Assembly: GCF_009834535.1 (NCBI RefSeq)
Contig: NC_045707.1
Coordinates: forward strand, 51,524,001 to 51,588,000
Direction: 5' to 3'
DNA: 64,000 nucleotides
DNA from: Camelus ferus
Taxonomy: Eukaryota
The translations under genes were made by a program, and so were the position numbers. The stretch's first letter is position 1; every line of letters starts with the position of its first letter. This document shows, one piece after another, positions 1 to 11,746 of this stretch. The notes beneath the pieces are model-generated. The model saw only the letters and a list, made by a program, of their open reading frames with translations, did not search any database and was not told the origin of the DNA.

Positions 1-929
1 TTACAGATGAGGACAATTTAGACATTTGTTTAAGATTACTGTTTTAAGTTACCAAACTGGGACTTGCAAAATCTGAATGATTCCAAAGCCCACATTTGGA
101 GTTCACTCAGAACTTTCCAAGCAAATACATGATAAACATCCTCTCAGCCCACATAGTACTTCCTCCCAATTTACCATGCTCACACTCCATCAGACACAAC
201 ATTCAGTGGTAACATAGAACTTTTCCTGTTATACTGCAAGATATGATTTTCATAAAGAAAGTATAGTGAATTTGAGTCTTAAAGAATGAGTATGACTATT
301 TTAAAGTCAACAGAGAGTGATAAGTAAATCCACTCACACAATAATTTATGTATTCATTTACCAAACAATTATTTGTTGTCTACAATATTCCAGGGGATAT
401 TCTACATTCTGGGGGTTCAGTGACAGGAGAACATGTATCACCTATAAGACATTTTATTTAAGAAAAGAAAAGAAAGCTTAATACAGATATAGTTTAAGTC
501 AGGGGGAATCTAGCAGTGGGATCAAAGCTTTGATTAGTGGTCACATCTTTTAGAGGCTTTTATATGTACATATACCATACTGACAAATTTGGATTTGATT
601 TGACAGGATAAAGACAGTCAGTTGAGTGTCTTAAGTAAGGCAGCGGACAGTTAGTTTATACAGTGTTCCAGTTTCAGAACCGTCACTGAAGAATTGCGAG
701 AAATTATACAAATGCATGAAAGTGGTTATTCCATCATTTTCTCACTTTGTGTTAGAATGGTAATTATCAGTGTACCCCTGCTGTGTGCATGAGAGAGATT
801 TATTTTAAAAATTTAAGAAAGCACACTTTTGGAGGTATTATGATTTTTAGTCACATGTTTGAGCAATGGAAAATATGTAAGTTTATTATTAAAGTTTAAA
901 TACAGTGAAAAATCCCCTCTGAATCCTTC

Positions 930-1495
930 ATCCATATCAGCTTTGACCTATTTCTCTTTACAATAAGACTCTTAAAAAAATTGCCCAATAATCACTGTCT
1001 ATACTTTCTCCCTTCCAAATCATTACATGTTCACTGGGGAGACCTTTCAGCAACGTCTGATCCAGTGTTCCTCCTGGAAACATGGTACTAGAAGTGCTGC
1101 TTTTTCCACTGTATTAATTGCTCCTTCTTAATCTCCTTTGATGGTTTCTCCTCATCTTCATGACCCATAGCTAGTGAAGGGGTCCATTGCCTAGCCTCTG
1201 CATCTCTCCTTTCTCAAGGGCTTTTCCCTCCCTCTCCTGTCCATCTTCTCCTGTACTCCCTGTTCTTTTCTTTTCCTCCCCCGGGGGATCACATCCATTC
1301 AACTGCTCATTCATTATGTCCACACTGTGTTTATGTTTATTGTCCTTATCATAACCCAACAAAATATGTGCTTATTTGTTCATTCCCTCATAAGTCCATG
1401 AGAACATGTGGTATGTCTGTTTCATTCACTGCTACACTCCTGTAATGAAAAAAAGTGTCTGATACATAGTATTTGTTCAATAAATATTGTGACTA
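930..1495 (+). mobile_element. L2 LINE 3' fragment
   Basis: Typical L2 terminus: ...gtctgtttcattcactgct...gtgtctgatacatagtatttgttcaataaatattg. Confidence 0.55.
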
Positions 1496-3333
1496 AATTA
1501 GTATGTTAAAGGAATTACTCAGTCTTTAAAGATTTGCCAAATATAGTTAGATTGAATTTGAAACATATTTGGAATCTAAATTTTAATGACATTAAGTTTT
1601 CCTACTTTGTCAGTTGACTAGAATAGTCTTATTGAAAATAAAATTGAAAAACAAATATTTATACCAGAATATATCACTATTTAAAATATAGAGTAATAGA
1701 GTTAAAATAACTGTATGAAAGTAGAGTTAAAAAACATTTTATATTAAAATGTTCTTTTTCCTTTTACGATTAGAATTTGATTTCTTTTCAAAATTAACTT
1801 AAAATCAGCCAAGCAAGTTAGATGAAATGCTATCCAGCACAGCCCAATTATTTATAACAAACTCTAAACCATATTTCAAGAAAATCAATTCAGTGTTGTC
1901 TCTGAAAACTTATCAGCTAAAATAACCATACAAAACTGATCAGACATTTTTTACCTCAATCAAAAGTGCTCCAGGGTTCATAATCAGAATAATTTATTTT
2001 TTTTAAGTTTATGTAACCTACATTGCTTTATTTCACTTTATACAAAGAATGGAGGAAAGCAGCCTTCTAAGACAAATGTCATAATGTTGTAATTTCAGAA
2101 AAAATAGTAGTATGATAGGCTTCTTCACTTTCTATACAGGTATAAAATGTTCTTATTGAATATGTCATTTAGCATTTTAAAAATGAATAGCTTTAATTTA
2201 TTTTTTCTTTGACCTTTGTATACTCTGAGACTTCTGTCTAATCTTAACATGGTGAGGTTTTTATCCTCAACAAGTTGCATAAAATTGGTAGAATAAAAGC
2301 ACAAATGAGCAAAAAATATGACCACTTAAAGAGAAATTCTAGCATAACTTTTGCCAAGTAACAAAGTATAAAATTCTCCCAAATTCCTTATGTAACAAGC
2401 AGGCCAGAGTCAACTAATTTCTCTCTAAATCAGAGAGTAAGCAAAACAAAATAATGGTACTTGAGGAAAAAAATGACATATTTATACAGGCCTGTATATA
2501 GACAGTTATCTTGCCTGAGGAAAAAAAGCAAAGAGATTAAGTTATGAAAATTATATAATCTGGATTTTATTTTTTATTCCTCCTCCCCGTCCTCTTCATA
2601 CCCCCACCCCATTCCTCCTCCTCCTTCTTTTAACTTGGAATCTACCTTACCTACTAGTCCTAAGACAAAGTGGAGTGGATGTACATACATTTTAGGGGAA
2701 AACAAGTTCGGAGCTGAGTACATCTGCCAAAGCACTCTGTTTTAATATAGATACATTTGTCTCACCTCAAACATTCTGGTTAACTTTAAACTCAAGTAAA
2801 TTAAGTAGCAGTTTATCCAAAAGATTAAAAATTTCTTTATCCAAGCTGTAGAGCTCTTTTACTCTTTATATATCATATGTTAATTTTTTTCCTCTTCAAT
2901 TTTATATGCATTAATGACTAAGTGATTTTGAGACCTGTGATTTGGAACCACCATTACAAGCTCTCAGGTTTTGGATGCCCTAAAGGAGTTTGCTGTCATG
3001 AGGGGTAGTGAATCCTGCTTTTCCCATGGATAGCTTCTCTTCACTCCCAGAGATTAGTTTAGAATACTTCTCTGGAGCTTTTATCACTATTCCAGAATTT
3101 GACTGGTGCACAAATCAGGTATAACATTCTTCAACACCTAGTGAACATTTTTGGAAAATAAATTGCACTTTACTCTGCTTCTATGTGTCTCTCATGCCTG
3201 CATACATAAGGAAAATTCAGAAAGATGTTTGCATGTTAGGTTAAATAACAGAAATGGAGAGATGGTTTCCAGAGGCCTACGTTCAGGGAGGGAAGTAGCA
3301 TAAATTGAGCCTGCATTCTGATAGATGGCTAGC

Positions 3334-3497
3334 TGTCTTACACATGTGATAGCCCTGACTCAACAAGATACTCCTGTGATTAAGCAGTTATTGTTTTGTT
3401 ATCCTAATAGATATTCCATTTGTCTTACATACGTGATAGCATTTGATAAATGATATCTCCATGATTAAGCAATTATTGTTTGTGTGATCCTCATTGT
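3334..3497. repeat. Diverged tandem duplication, period 87 bp
   Basis: tgtcttacac/tat..gtgatagc...tgattaagca.ttattgttt.....atcct.at occurs at both 3334 and 3421. Confidence 0.8.
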
Positions 3498-4711
3498 TTT
3501 AGATGAGGAGATAAAAGTCCTAAGTTAAAAAAGGTTGAACCAAATTTTGCCTGACCAAATCCTGCCATATCACAGCATCAAGTTGATTGCCTGTAGAGTC
3601 CTTAGATCATTGCAGTCATTTGGCCCTTTGCTTGTCCAGAAAATACTTGACATCTTTTGTTTTTTAAGGTATTGAGGAGAATAAAAAGAGGAAGGCTTCA
3701 AAGACACATTGAATGTAATCATGACAAGCGTACAGAATACCGTAATACTGAGCAAAAGTATTTGGTATAAACCAGACATAAAAATTCAACCACAATAAAT
3801 GAAATTCTCACCAATCAGTCTTTTCCTGGAAAAATTCATAATGAATGTGATTGACAAATTCTTTTTCTAAGCATGTCATGTTCCTGCTCCAAATAAGCAT
3901 TAGCAGTTCAACATTGCTTACTGTTCTATGCTTGGACTCCACTTATTTTTTTCTGCTTCACTTCTTATCATTCTTTTAATAAATACTTTAGACTAGCGGT
4001 CTTTAAAATGCTAATTAGGCACTCTTAACAAAAGGAAAAAAATAGCCCCTCACTCTCCAGTATGAGTATGTTTCTATTTATTAATTGTACATATGTACTG
4101 CTATCATTCATTAACTTTATTCACAATACATTCTTTGAGTGAAGTTAATGTTAATTGACATAATCCATATTTCAAATAGTGTTATAGATAATTTTGAATA
4201 TTTTGCTGTCATTTTTAACCTTGTAGAACAATTTTTTTAGAATTTATTTATTTCACTTTTAAGTTTGCAAAGTTTTCAAAACAGTGACTACATCTTATTT
4301 AAAAGGCAAAGTAATGTAGCAGAAGAATAATCCTATATTTACATAACAACACTTATCTCACCTTGGCCAGTTAATTCTTCCTTAAACTATAAAATAAACT
4401 CTTTGACTGATACTAACTTTTATGGTTTGTAAGTTTATTTGGAAAACTGTATTTTGAAAATAAACTAGCAGAATTAGAAAAGAATGGAGAGACTTACAAA
4501 AAGAGTAATAGTGTGAACCATGTTTATTTTAGAAAAAAAGTGTGACAGAATCATAAACAAACTGTTAAAATGGAAGGAAAGGAAAGGGATAAAACAGAGC
4601 TGTAGCAAAATTAAAGAGATGAGAGGAAAAGGAAAAAATGAATACTATAATATTAAATTCTTTCGTTAGAAATCATTTGTGTCCATTGAAGTTTTTTTTT
4701 TCAAGCCTTAG

Positions 4712-4754
4712 TTGTCATCTAGTCCAACTTCTCTGTTTTATGGTTGAAGAAACT
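4712..4754 (+). mobile_element. MIR SINE fragment, left part of the element interrupted by the ERV (right part 12437-~12556)
   Basis: tcatctagtccaacttctctgttttatggttgaagaaact matches the MIR core tcatctagtccaaccccctcattttacagatgaggaaact. MIR-like sequence resumes after the right TSD (ttgtccaaggtt...tgacttgagggccagttccatgttctt...acaccac). Confidence 0.7.
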
Positions 4755-5527
4755 TTTTTGTCTGGGGACAAATTATGCTCAGAGACAGAGATTGTCTTTG
4801 CCAATATTTTATTTAACACTAGTTCACTGTGGGGATTATAATAATTTCACAAGACAATAGCATACGAGATAATGTCTCTTAATAAGCCAATAAAGAAATA
4901 GCATACACCATACCAATGATAGATCAATTATACTACTGTTCCAGGAAAGGGGAGATAAAAAAAATAAAGTCCAAATTTAGAAGAGGTGTAACTTTCTACC
5001 AGTTGGTCCTTAGGGGAGTTGGCTTAGACAACCAAGAGCTGACAGTTCAGCTGCTGCAACAAGAAGAAAGTCCCTTGTTGCTAGAACATGTTGCTAGGAA
5101 ACAAAGACATGGGTGTTGACCAGCAGGATGATCTTTTGGGGGCCCCTGCATAGTTTTCACCACTGCTGGTAAAATAGAAGCTTTTTCCCTGGCAGGAGCT
5201 AAAGCCTTAAGGTCTTTGAAGAGCTATTTAGGACAGCGAAGAGTTACCTTGCCCAGACCAAACACTCCCAGACAGTCCTCACAAACTCGGTGTTTATATC
5301 TAGATGTCTCCTCCCCATAGTTGCTTCCCCATGTGCTCTTACTGATAAGCCCCCAGGGCCCCACCCCTCAGCCTCTGAGCTACTGAGTGCTTATCAGCAA
5401 CCACAGATGTCAGTGCCAACATCCTGACACAATTCACATTTCTTTCAGAACAACTTCACTGATAAAAACAGCTTCATTTTTGTTATAAACAAGTGAATGT
5501 GAAATCATACCAAACCACTACACAACA
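4755..5527 (-). repeat. 3' LTR of the provirus (~773 bp)
   Basis: Minus strand begins TGTTGTGTAG. Roughly 75-80% identical to 11767-12436 by eye (13 mismatches in a 70-nt sample). TATAAA on the minus strand near 5293-5298 and AATAAA on the minus strand at 4808-4813. Confidence 0.93.
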
Positions 5528-5661
5528 ATCTGTCCTGTGATTTCAAATCACTCACACACTAATTAATCCTAAGGACCCAATGCCCTATACAAACCTAAAT
5601 TCACAAAAATATCAATCCACCCTGTGATTCTTCATCACTCACAATCTAATTTCCCTTTAAT

Positions 5662-6875
5662 TTAATTCCCTATAGTTTTGTTACTACAAACCATTATTAA
5701 GTAAATTCCTAATATTACTGGCAAAAGCATAACAAAGAATTCTTTAATACAGTACCAAATCCAATCACTGAAAGACCAAAACTTTTCAAAATCACTCAGT
5801 TAAGCTTCCTTGACAATTTTGTTTCCATGAAAAAGCCATTTTTATGAAGCTCCAGGGGTACAGGCTTGCATAGTACTATCAAGCACGTGTTCTGTTGCCA
5901 CAACATCAGAATTCAATGCTGTCATTAGTTTAGGGGATGCATATTTTTGTTATCTTTTCAATTCCTGCAAAGTTACTTTGATACTTTGATTTTATTTGTC
6001 TCATCTTCCAGGTTTCTTAAGTTTTTTTTTTCTTTTTTAACTTGTCTTAAGTTTTCTAAATTATGAGTTACGTTTATTAATTTTAGGAGGTTCCTGTGAA
6101 CTATTTCTGCAGTTATTTTAATGTTTCCTTTATCTTCTATTGACCTCAAATCATATCTCTTTCCTTCTATTGTCACATTCATTACCTACTCTACTTTTAC
6201 ATGTCCCATCATGTTGTGTTTTTTTATTTTTCCCCTGCTTCTAATAGGTTAAGGTTTGGCTTAGAGCTTACTATCATGATCCCGTTTCCATTATCCATAC
6301 ATAATGAGTTGAAGAGTCAGCAAGGCGTCATCGTGGGTCCTTGTACTGTAGGTATATCCAAAGGTCTAGCAGTGATAATGGTATTTTAATTCTATTCCAC
6401 CAATATAGCCTCAGGAACATGTTTTATTTCTATCATAAGGGGGCTTTCTGTGTCCTGTAGGCTCCACTATCTCTTTTGATATTGGGACACCACAGAAGTG
6501 GGCTAACCCAATGTCACATTTCCTCCTTTAAGTGCCAATATCCTGATTTAACAGTTGCCCAATTCAGAATAATGGCAAAATGGCTATTGCTGGCACTATC
6601 AGAGGAATAACCATGACTTCAATGAGTATGGTATCCAATCACGAGCAATAAACAAAATAGTTTGGCCAGCAGGCAGCATGCTACACTGACCCAGTTAGCA
6701 ATATTTGTAGGGTATAAAATGCATATCAGATACATGCTTGCAAAAAAAAAAAAAAAAAGATAGCATCATATAAATTTCTAAATCTTCCTTGTTGTTCTTC
6801 TTGCCACTCAAGGAAATAGATAGTTATTACGGTCTTTTCTGCCAGTGTTGCCCACGCCTAATCTCCCTATTCCAT
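5662..6875 (-). pseudogene. env: env-like membrane glycoprotein pseudogene (atypical, non-gamma type)
   Basis: Lies between the pol stop (~6931) and the 3' LTR. ATG in good context at 6875, N-terminal hydrophobic stretches, NxT sequons and a long heptad region (ORF 5973-6182). After removing an 8-nt duplication it continues to EKFWSFSDWIWYCIKEFFVMLLPVILGIYLIMVC (TM). Confidence 0.65.
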
Positions 6876-6930
6876 GCTAGGCTAAATATTATGCATTCAG
6901 TAATAATGCTGAACAAAAATGTGTCCACTG

Positions 6931-9900
6931 TTAAATTTTATAGAGGTATACATATTATTTTCTAATTTGGTGTAGTATGTTTTTTCCTTCAATCACTCAG
7001 CAGGTTTTATTAGTGGCAGGTGTTATGATTTTCCCAGTACTATATATAGTGTTATGTTTTAAAATTAATGCTTTTCCTTTTAATTTAGATTCTAGGGGTG
7101 TTATTAGTGCTAATTCTTATCTCTGTGGGTGCCTGCAATATTAATTCAGTAGGAGTTTTTCCATCCTTTCTATGCCTGTGGTTTAGAGATTTTGTCATCT
7201 CTCAGGTCTCTCAGGTTGCTTTAGTCCAAGCTTTATCTAGGTTGTTCGTAGGCAAGCTAAGCTTTTGCTTGAGCAAGCCATTACATCTTTCAGTTGATGC
7301 AGAGGCAGTTAGGTTGCAGGGTAAGTGAAAGTTCCACATTATGCCCTGTTCTTTGGCTAAATCTATTATTTTTTCCTATGAAGTGAACGTCCTGATCTGA
7401 TTTCATGATGACTGGTAGGCCATAACATACAATCCATATTTCTAGCGCATTGTTGATCTTTGATTATTTACCTTGAAAGGATAGGGTAATCCTATTACTG
7501 ACCATGTATTTATGATGGTTCCTGCATATAGTATGTTCTCTGATATAGGCAAGAGTCCTGCATAATTAATTTGTATAGTTTGAGAAGGGTCTGTCGTTTT
7601 TATCTTATCAGGAGTATTCATTAATGACCTCCAAGCTTAAAATTTTGGCAATTCTCTTGTTTCTTACTTTTTAATTAGAGGTATTTGATGGGTATATACA
7701 GTTTCTTTTCTCTAACCATGTTCTAGCGCCATTTATGCCAGCATAGCCTGTTTTGTGATGTGCCCACGTGATGACTGTATCAATTGACAGATCTGTGTGT
7801 TCAGGATTTATGTTCCATTGTCCTTCTCATTTATATATGGTTATATTTTGAATTGGTTTTATCTTTGCCTGTGAATCACTGTGTTTCTTATGATAAATCC
7901 TGTGAATCCTTGCCTCATTACTTTTCCTGGTAAGTTTGTCTACCTGATTATTAAATTTGTTTACTTCAGAATTGTCCTCCTGATGTGCACAGACCTGTGT
8001 GATAACTATGGACATGTCAGCCTTTGCTATTTTCTGCCAAATGCTCTTACCCAATATGTCCTTATTTCCTATTTCCAGTCATTTTCTTATGTTCCTGACC
8101 AAATAGCTATTCCACTAACTACTGCCCATGAGTCTGAGAAAAGATATATACCTCATTCTGATTTCACTTAACAGATTGTTCAATTGTCAATTTTACGACT
8201 ATGAATTCAGCATTTTGTGCTGATTCTTCCAAGCCTGATTCTGTCAGGTCAGAACATCATTAGTCCTCAAGGCCTTAGCCTGCCAGTATCCTCCAGATGG
8301 TGTTACAAAGGCTACACCACTGTAAATCATGCATTTTTGAGTGCCATGAACCTGGGTGGTCCCCACTGCCAAATTGCTTAAGCTTGGATAGGCTTACTCT
8401 TGGAAGTTCCAGTAAGTCCACTATTGGCATTGCTGCGATTTCCTCAGTTAATGCAGAGGGTCCACCATCCATCTGTATGTCTTGCTCAGAAATACAGTAT
8501 TGGCCATGTTAGGATTTTATGCTCAAGAGGAGCTCCCACCTGTTTGTCAGGGGTGTGTTTTGCCCAAGCCTGAATAGGCTGTTGGATTATAATTGTATTA
8601 TTTTCCATTAGTGGCTCTGTAATTTGTAGGGTCTCATAGAATTACCAGGTGAGCCTTTCAATTGTTTGATATATATTTTAACACCATAAGAACTTTTTCG
8701 TCCAATTTGGTAAAATTCAGCATCCTGCAGTATTTTAGTTTACAGTGCTATGCTGCAAACCCTTATTTACACTTAGAGTCCTTATTAGATGGTGCCAATT
8801 TGTTGAAAGTTCTTACAGCATTTTTCGAATGAGTAAAGGCTGCCTCTAGAGTCTCCGTCCATCTAGATTTTTAACTCTTCCTAGTTATTTCATAGATCAG
8901 TTTTAAAATCATCTCCTTATGTGGTATGTACTATTTCTTAGATCCAATCAGTCCTATCCAGTTTCTAAGCTTCTTCTTTTGTCATGGGATTTGGTATGCA
9001 ATTCATCTTGACTAGGTCTTGGCATTTTCCTACCTTCAGAGGACCAAATTATACCTACAACTTTTACTTGGATTTCACTTGGGTTAATCATCCATCCTCT
9101 GAGTATAAGGAATTCAGTGAACTTTATCTTGACCCTAGTTTGTTCTTCCATGTTATTATCATAAATAAGGATGTCATCAATATAAGAAATAATAGTTTGT
9201 GTGTGTGTGTGTGTGTGTTGTCTTTTCCTGAAAGGCTTGGATGTCTTGTGTTAAAAAGTTATGAGCTATCCCTGGACTTTTAAGATATCCTTGTGATAAC
9301 CTAGTAAACTGATATTATCTGCCTTCCCATGTGAATGCAGTCATGAGTTGGCTCTCCTCATCAATTTATATAGCACAGAACATGTCAGATAAGTCTATCA
9401 CTATATAATAAGTTCTGGATCCAGTGGTGATATTGTTTATTATAGTGACTATATATGGGAGCACCCCCTCAATTTTGCAAAAGTGTTTGTTTAAATTCCT
9501 ATAATCTACTGTAAACCTGTATGATCCATCTGGCTTTTTAATGGGCTAGATTGTGTTATTTCATGGTGAAATAATAGGGACACTAATTTGTTCCTTTAGG
9601 AGTTCCTGAATTTTTTCCTTAATTTGAGCATGCCCTCCCTTAAGATTGGATTGGGGTATATTTGTTATTTTAGATAGGACAGGCAGTTTAATTGAAGTCC
9701 AATTTGCCATAGTCAGATTAGTTTTAGGAATTGTTGCATCCTTATTTGTTATATGGTGTCCTATTTTATCCATTCCAAAAATATTCTCTAAATTGAGACC
9801 TATAAGGCATTTAGCCTTCTTAGGTGATCTATCAACGGTTGTTAGGAATCTATACTCACATGTTCCTATGGTTAATATCCTTCCTAACCCCTTGGTTAGT

Positions 9901-10040
9901 ACATTTTATTGTTAAAGTTTTCTTAAATTAGCAGTCTATCCTTGTATCACTGTTACTTGAGACCCTATATCTAATAACATAGTAGTATATGTAGTATTTT
10001 TTAACCAAATGTGTTTCTACTGAAATGGCCCCTGTGACAC
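6931..10040 (-). pseudogene. pol: pro-pol pseudogene (protease, RT, tether/RNase H, integrase)
   Basis: Protease MLLDIGSQVTVI (~9945-9985). RT: PIKKPDGSYRFTVDYRNLNK (~9490-9545), IDLSDMFCAI, TAFTWEGR*YQFTRLSQGYLKSP, YIDDILI (~9164-9184), GWMINPSEIQ. RNase H: LFSDSWAVVSGIAIWSG and AHQEDNSEVNKFNNQVDKL. IN: WAHHKTGYAG, QINYAGLLP, YGLPVIMKSDQ, WNFHLPCNLTASASTERCNGLLKQ. Multiple stops. Confidence 0.95.
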
Positions 10041-10099
10041 ACGGTGACTGTTTTGGCCATGGGCCAGGAGTTGAAGACTACTGTGTCCCAGTGGGGGGC

Positions 10100-11410
10100 T
10101 CATATTAGGCTTTTTCTCTTTCATCTATCAGTGGCTTGGCTGTTAATGGGATTAGGTTTTATGAAAGGGTTAGTATTCATAATAAATGGGTTATTAGGTT
10201 ATAGGTTTGTTCCCCTTAAAAGGTTAATTATTTCCATTTCTTTGCCATTGTAAGTACCCTCTGTTATCCCTGTTGAGGTTTTTATTTCTATAATTAGGAC
10301 TGAAGGGCGGTGATATAAACGGTCTAGGCCAGAAAGCTTTCTGAGTTTTGTTCTTTTATGTCTATTTATATTAGATGTATGCCTGTTTTATCTCTATACA
10401 TTAGTGTTAAAGCTTTCATCTTGACTTAGCCCCTCAGCTGTTTTGATTGAGTCAATCAGTTTTGTGTTTTCTGCAAAAACCATGAATAGTGTGGTCCTGT
10501 CTTATGAGGGTACACCTTCCAGGATGATCTTTTAAATTTATTCTGTTGCTTCTGCTTGTAGCGGTGAGGATGTCTGTCCCGTCATGACAATTGTCCTAAT
10601 TTCATTATTGTTATATTAGCAGCTTCCCTTGCTGTTTTTAAGCAGTAATACATTAAGTAAAGGGCATCTTTATCTCTAGGCTGCTGCCACCCAGTCAAAG
10701 ATCTTTGTAAATTGGTATTATTTTCTCTAAATGCTTTAAGGTGTTGATTAAATTATCATCTGTGGTAATGGGTCTGAGTTGCATGATTTCCACTCCAGTA
10801 AGGGTTAGGTTATGTCCTCCGCTGGACCATAAATCTAATAGCCACTGGGTTTCTGTGTCCAAATCAGTTGGTTGGAATTCCATTGTTGGAATTAAGTTGT
10901 TATTTCTTGTCTAGTATAAGCTTTCTCTTCAATGACTGATTGGTTCCATATTATCACTTGTTGCAGTTTTGTCTATTCTCATGGGCCTACCTTCTAGCAG
11001 GGTAAAGTTACCAAAGTCAAAAGGGTAATAATAATCACAGTCCTCAGGATGTAAACTAGTGCCATTAGGGACAAAATGGTCTGCATTTCTTCCTTCTCTG
11101 GAGATAAGTTTTCTGCTAGCACTTTTTCTTTCTGAGTATTGGCATCTGTGTTACTTAGTGCTCCTGATAAGAGCACTGGGATTTCTTCCTTCTTTGTCTT
11201 TTTTAAGAACTCGCCGAGTTTGGTGATCAGGCCAACATCTGGAGTTTCCTTAATTTTGAGTTTTATTCTAACGAAGTCTTCAGTAGGTCTCCTGGGATCC
11301 TCAGAAGTTAACATATAATCCATTCTACCCCTAAACCACCTCTTGAGTAATTTTGGTAGGATTAGTGAGTGAGAAATGTTTACTATTATCATCCTGCCTT
11401 TTTTCAACAA
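10100..11410 (-). pseudogene. gag: gag pseudogene, class III (ERV-L/Fv1-like capsid)
   Basis: YTRQEI...WLLDLWSSGGHNLTLTGVEIMQLRPITTD (ORF 10695-10883) parallels ERV-L YTxKEL...WILRVWDNGGRNIELDQAEFIDxGPLSRD. Also IFDWVAAA*R*RCP and ILEGVPS. No CCHC knuckle visible. Start codon uncertain. Confidence 0.85.
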
Positions 11411-11746
11411 TGTTCCAAGTATGTTTTCTCATTGGGAGACTTAATAGTGTGTTGCAAATCATTTATAAAATGATGAAACAGTATTAAGAGAATTAGTATG
11501 GCCAATGTTAGCATCCAGACTATAATGGTTCTGCCATTTTGTCTATTCACAGCCTATTCATAATTTCATTAAGATGCCATAGATGAGAAATAGTATATTA
11601 AAGTTAGTTAATCCAGTAATGGGCTGTACCAGATTTTGGTAAATTATAAATTTAATAAAATTTATCAACCTGTATTTCAAATTTGATTTGGAATATTATA
11701 TGTACAATAGCAATGACCAATTTTAATTATTGTTACTTTTAGGTCA

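Noticed and set aside
6400..6540. Ig-like start (ILALKGGNVTL) in one frame of the env region
   Set aside because: The canonical Cys and YxC are missing and the frame is ambiguous in decayed sequence.
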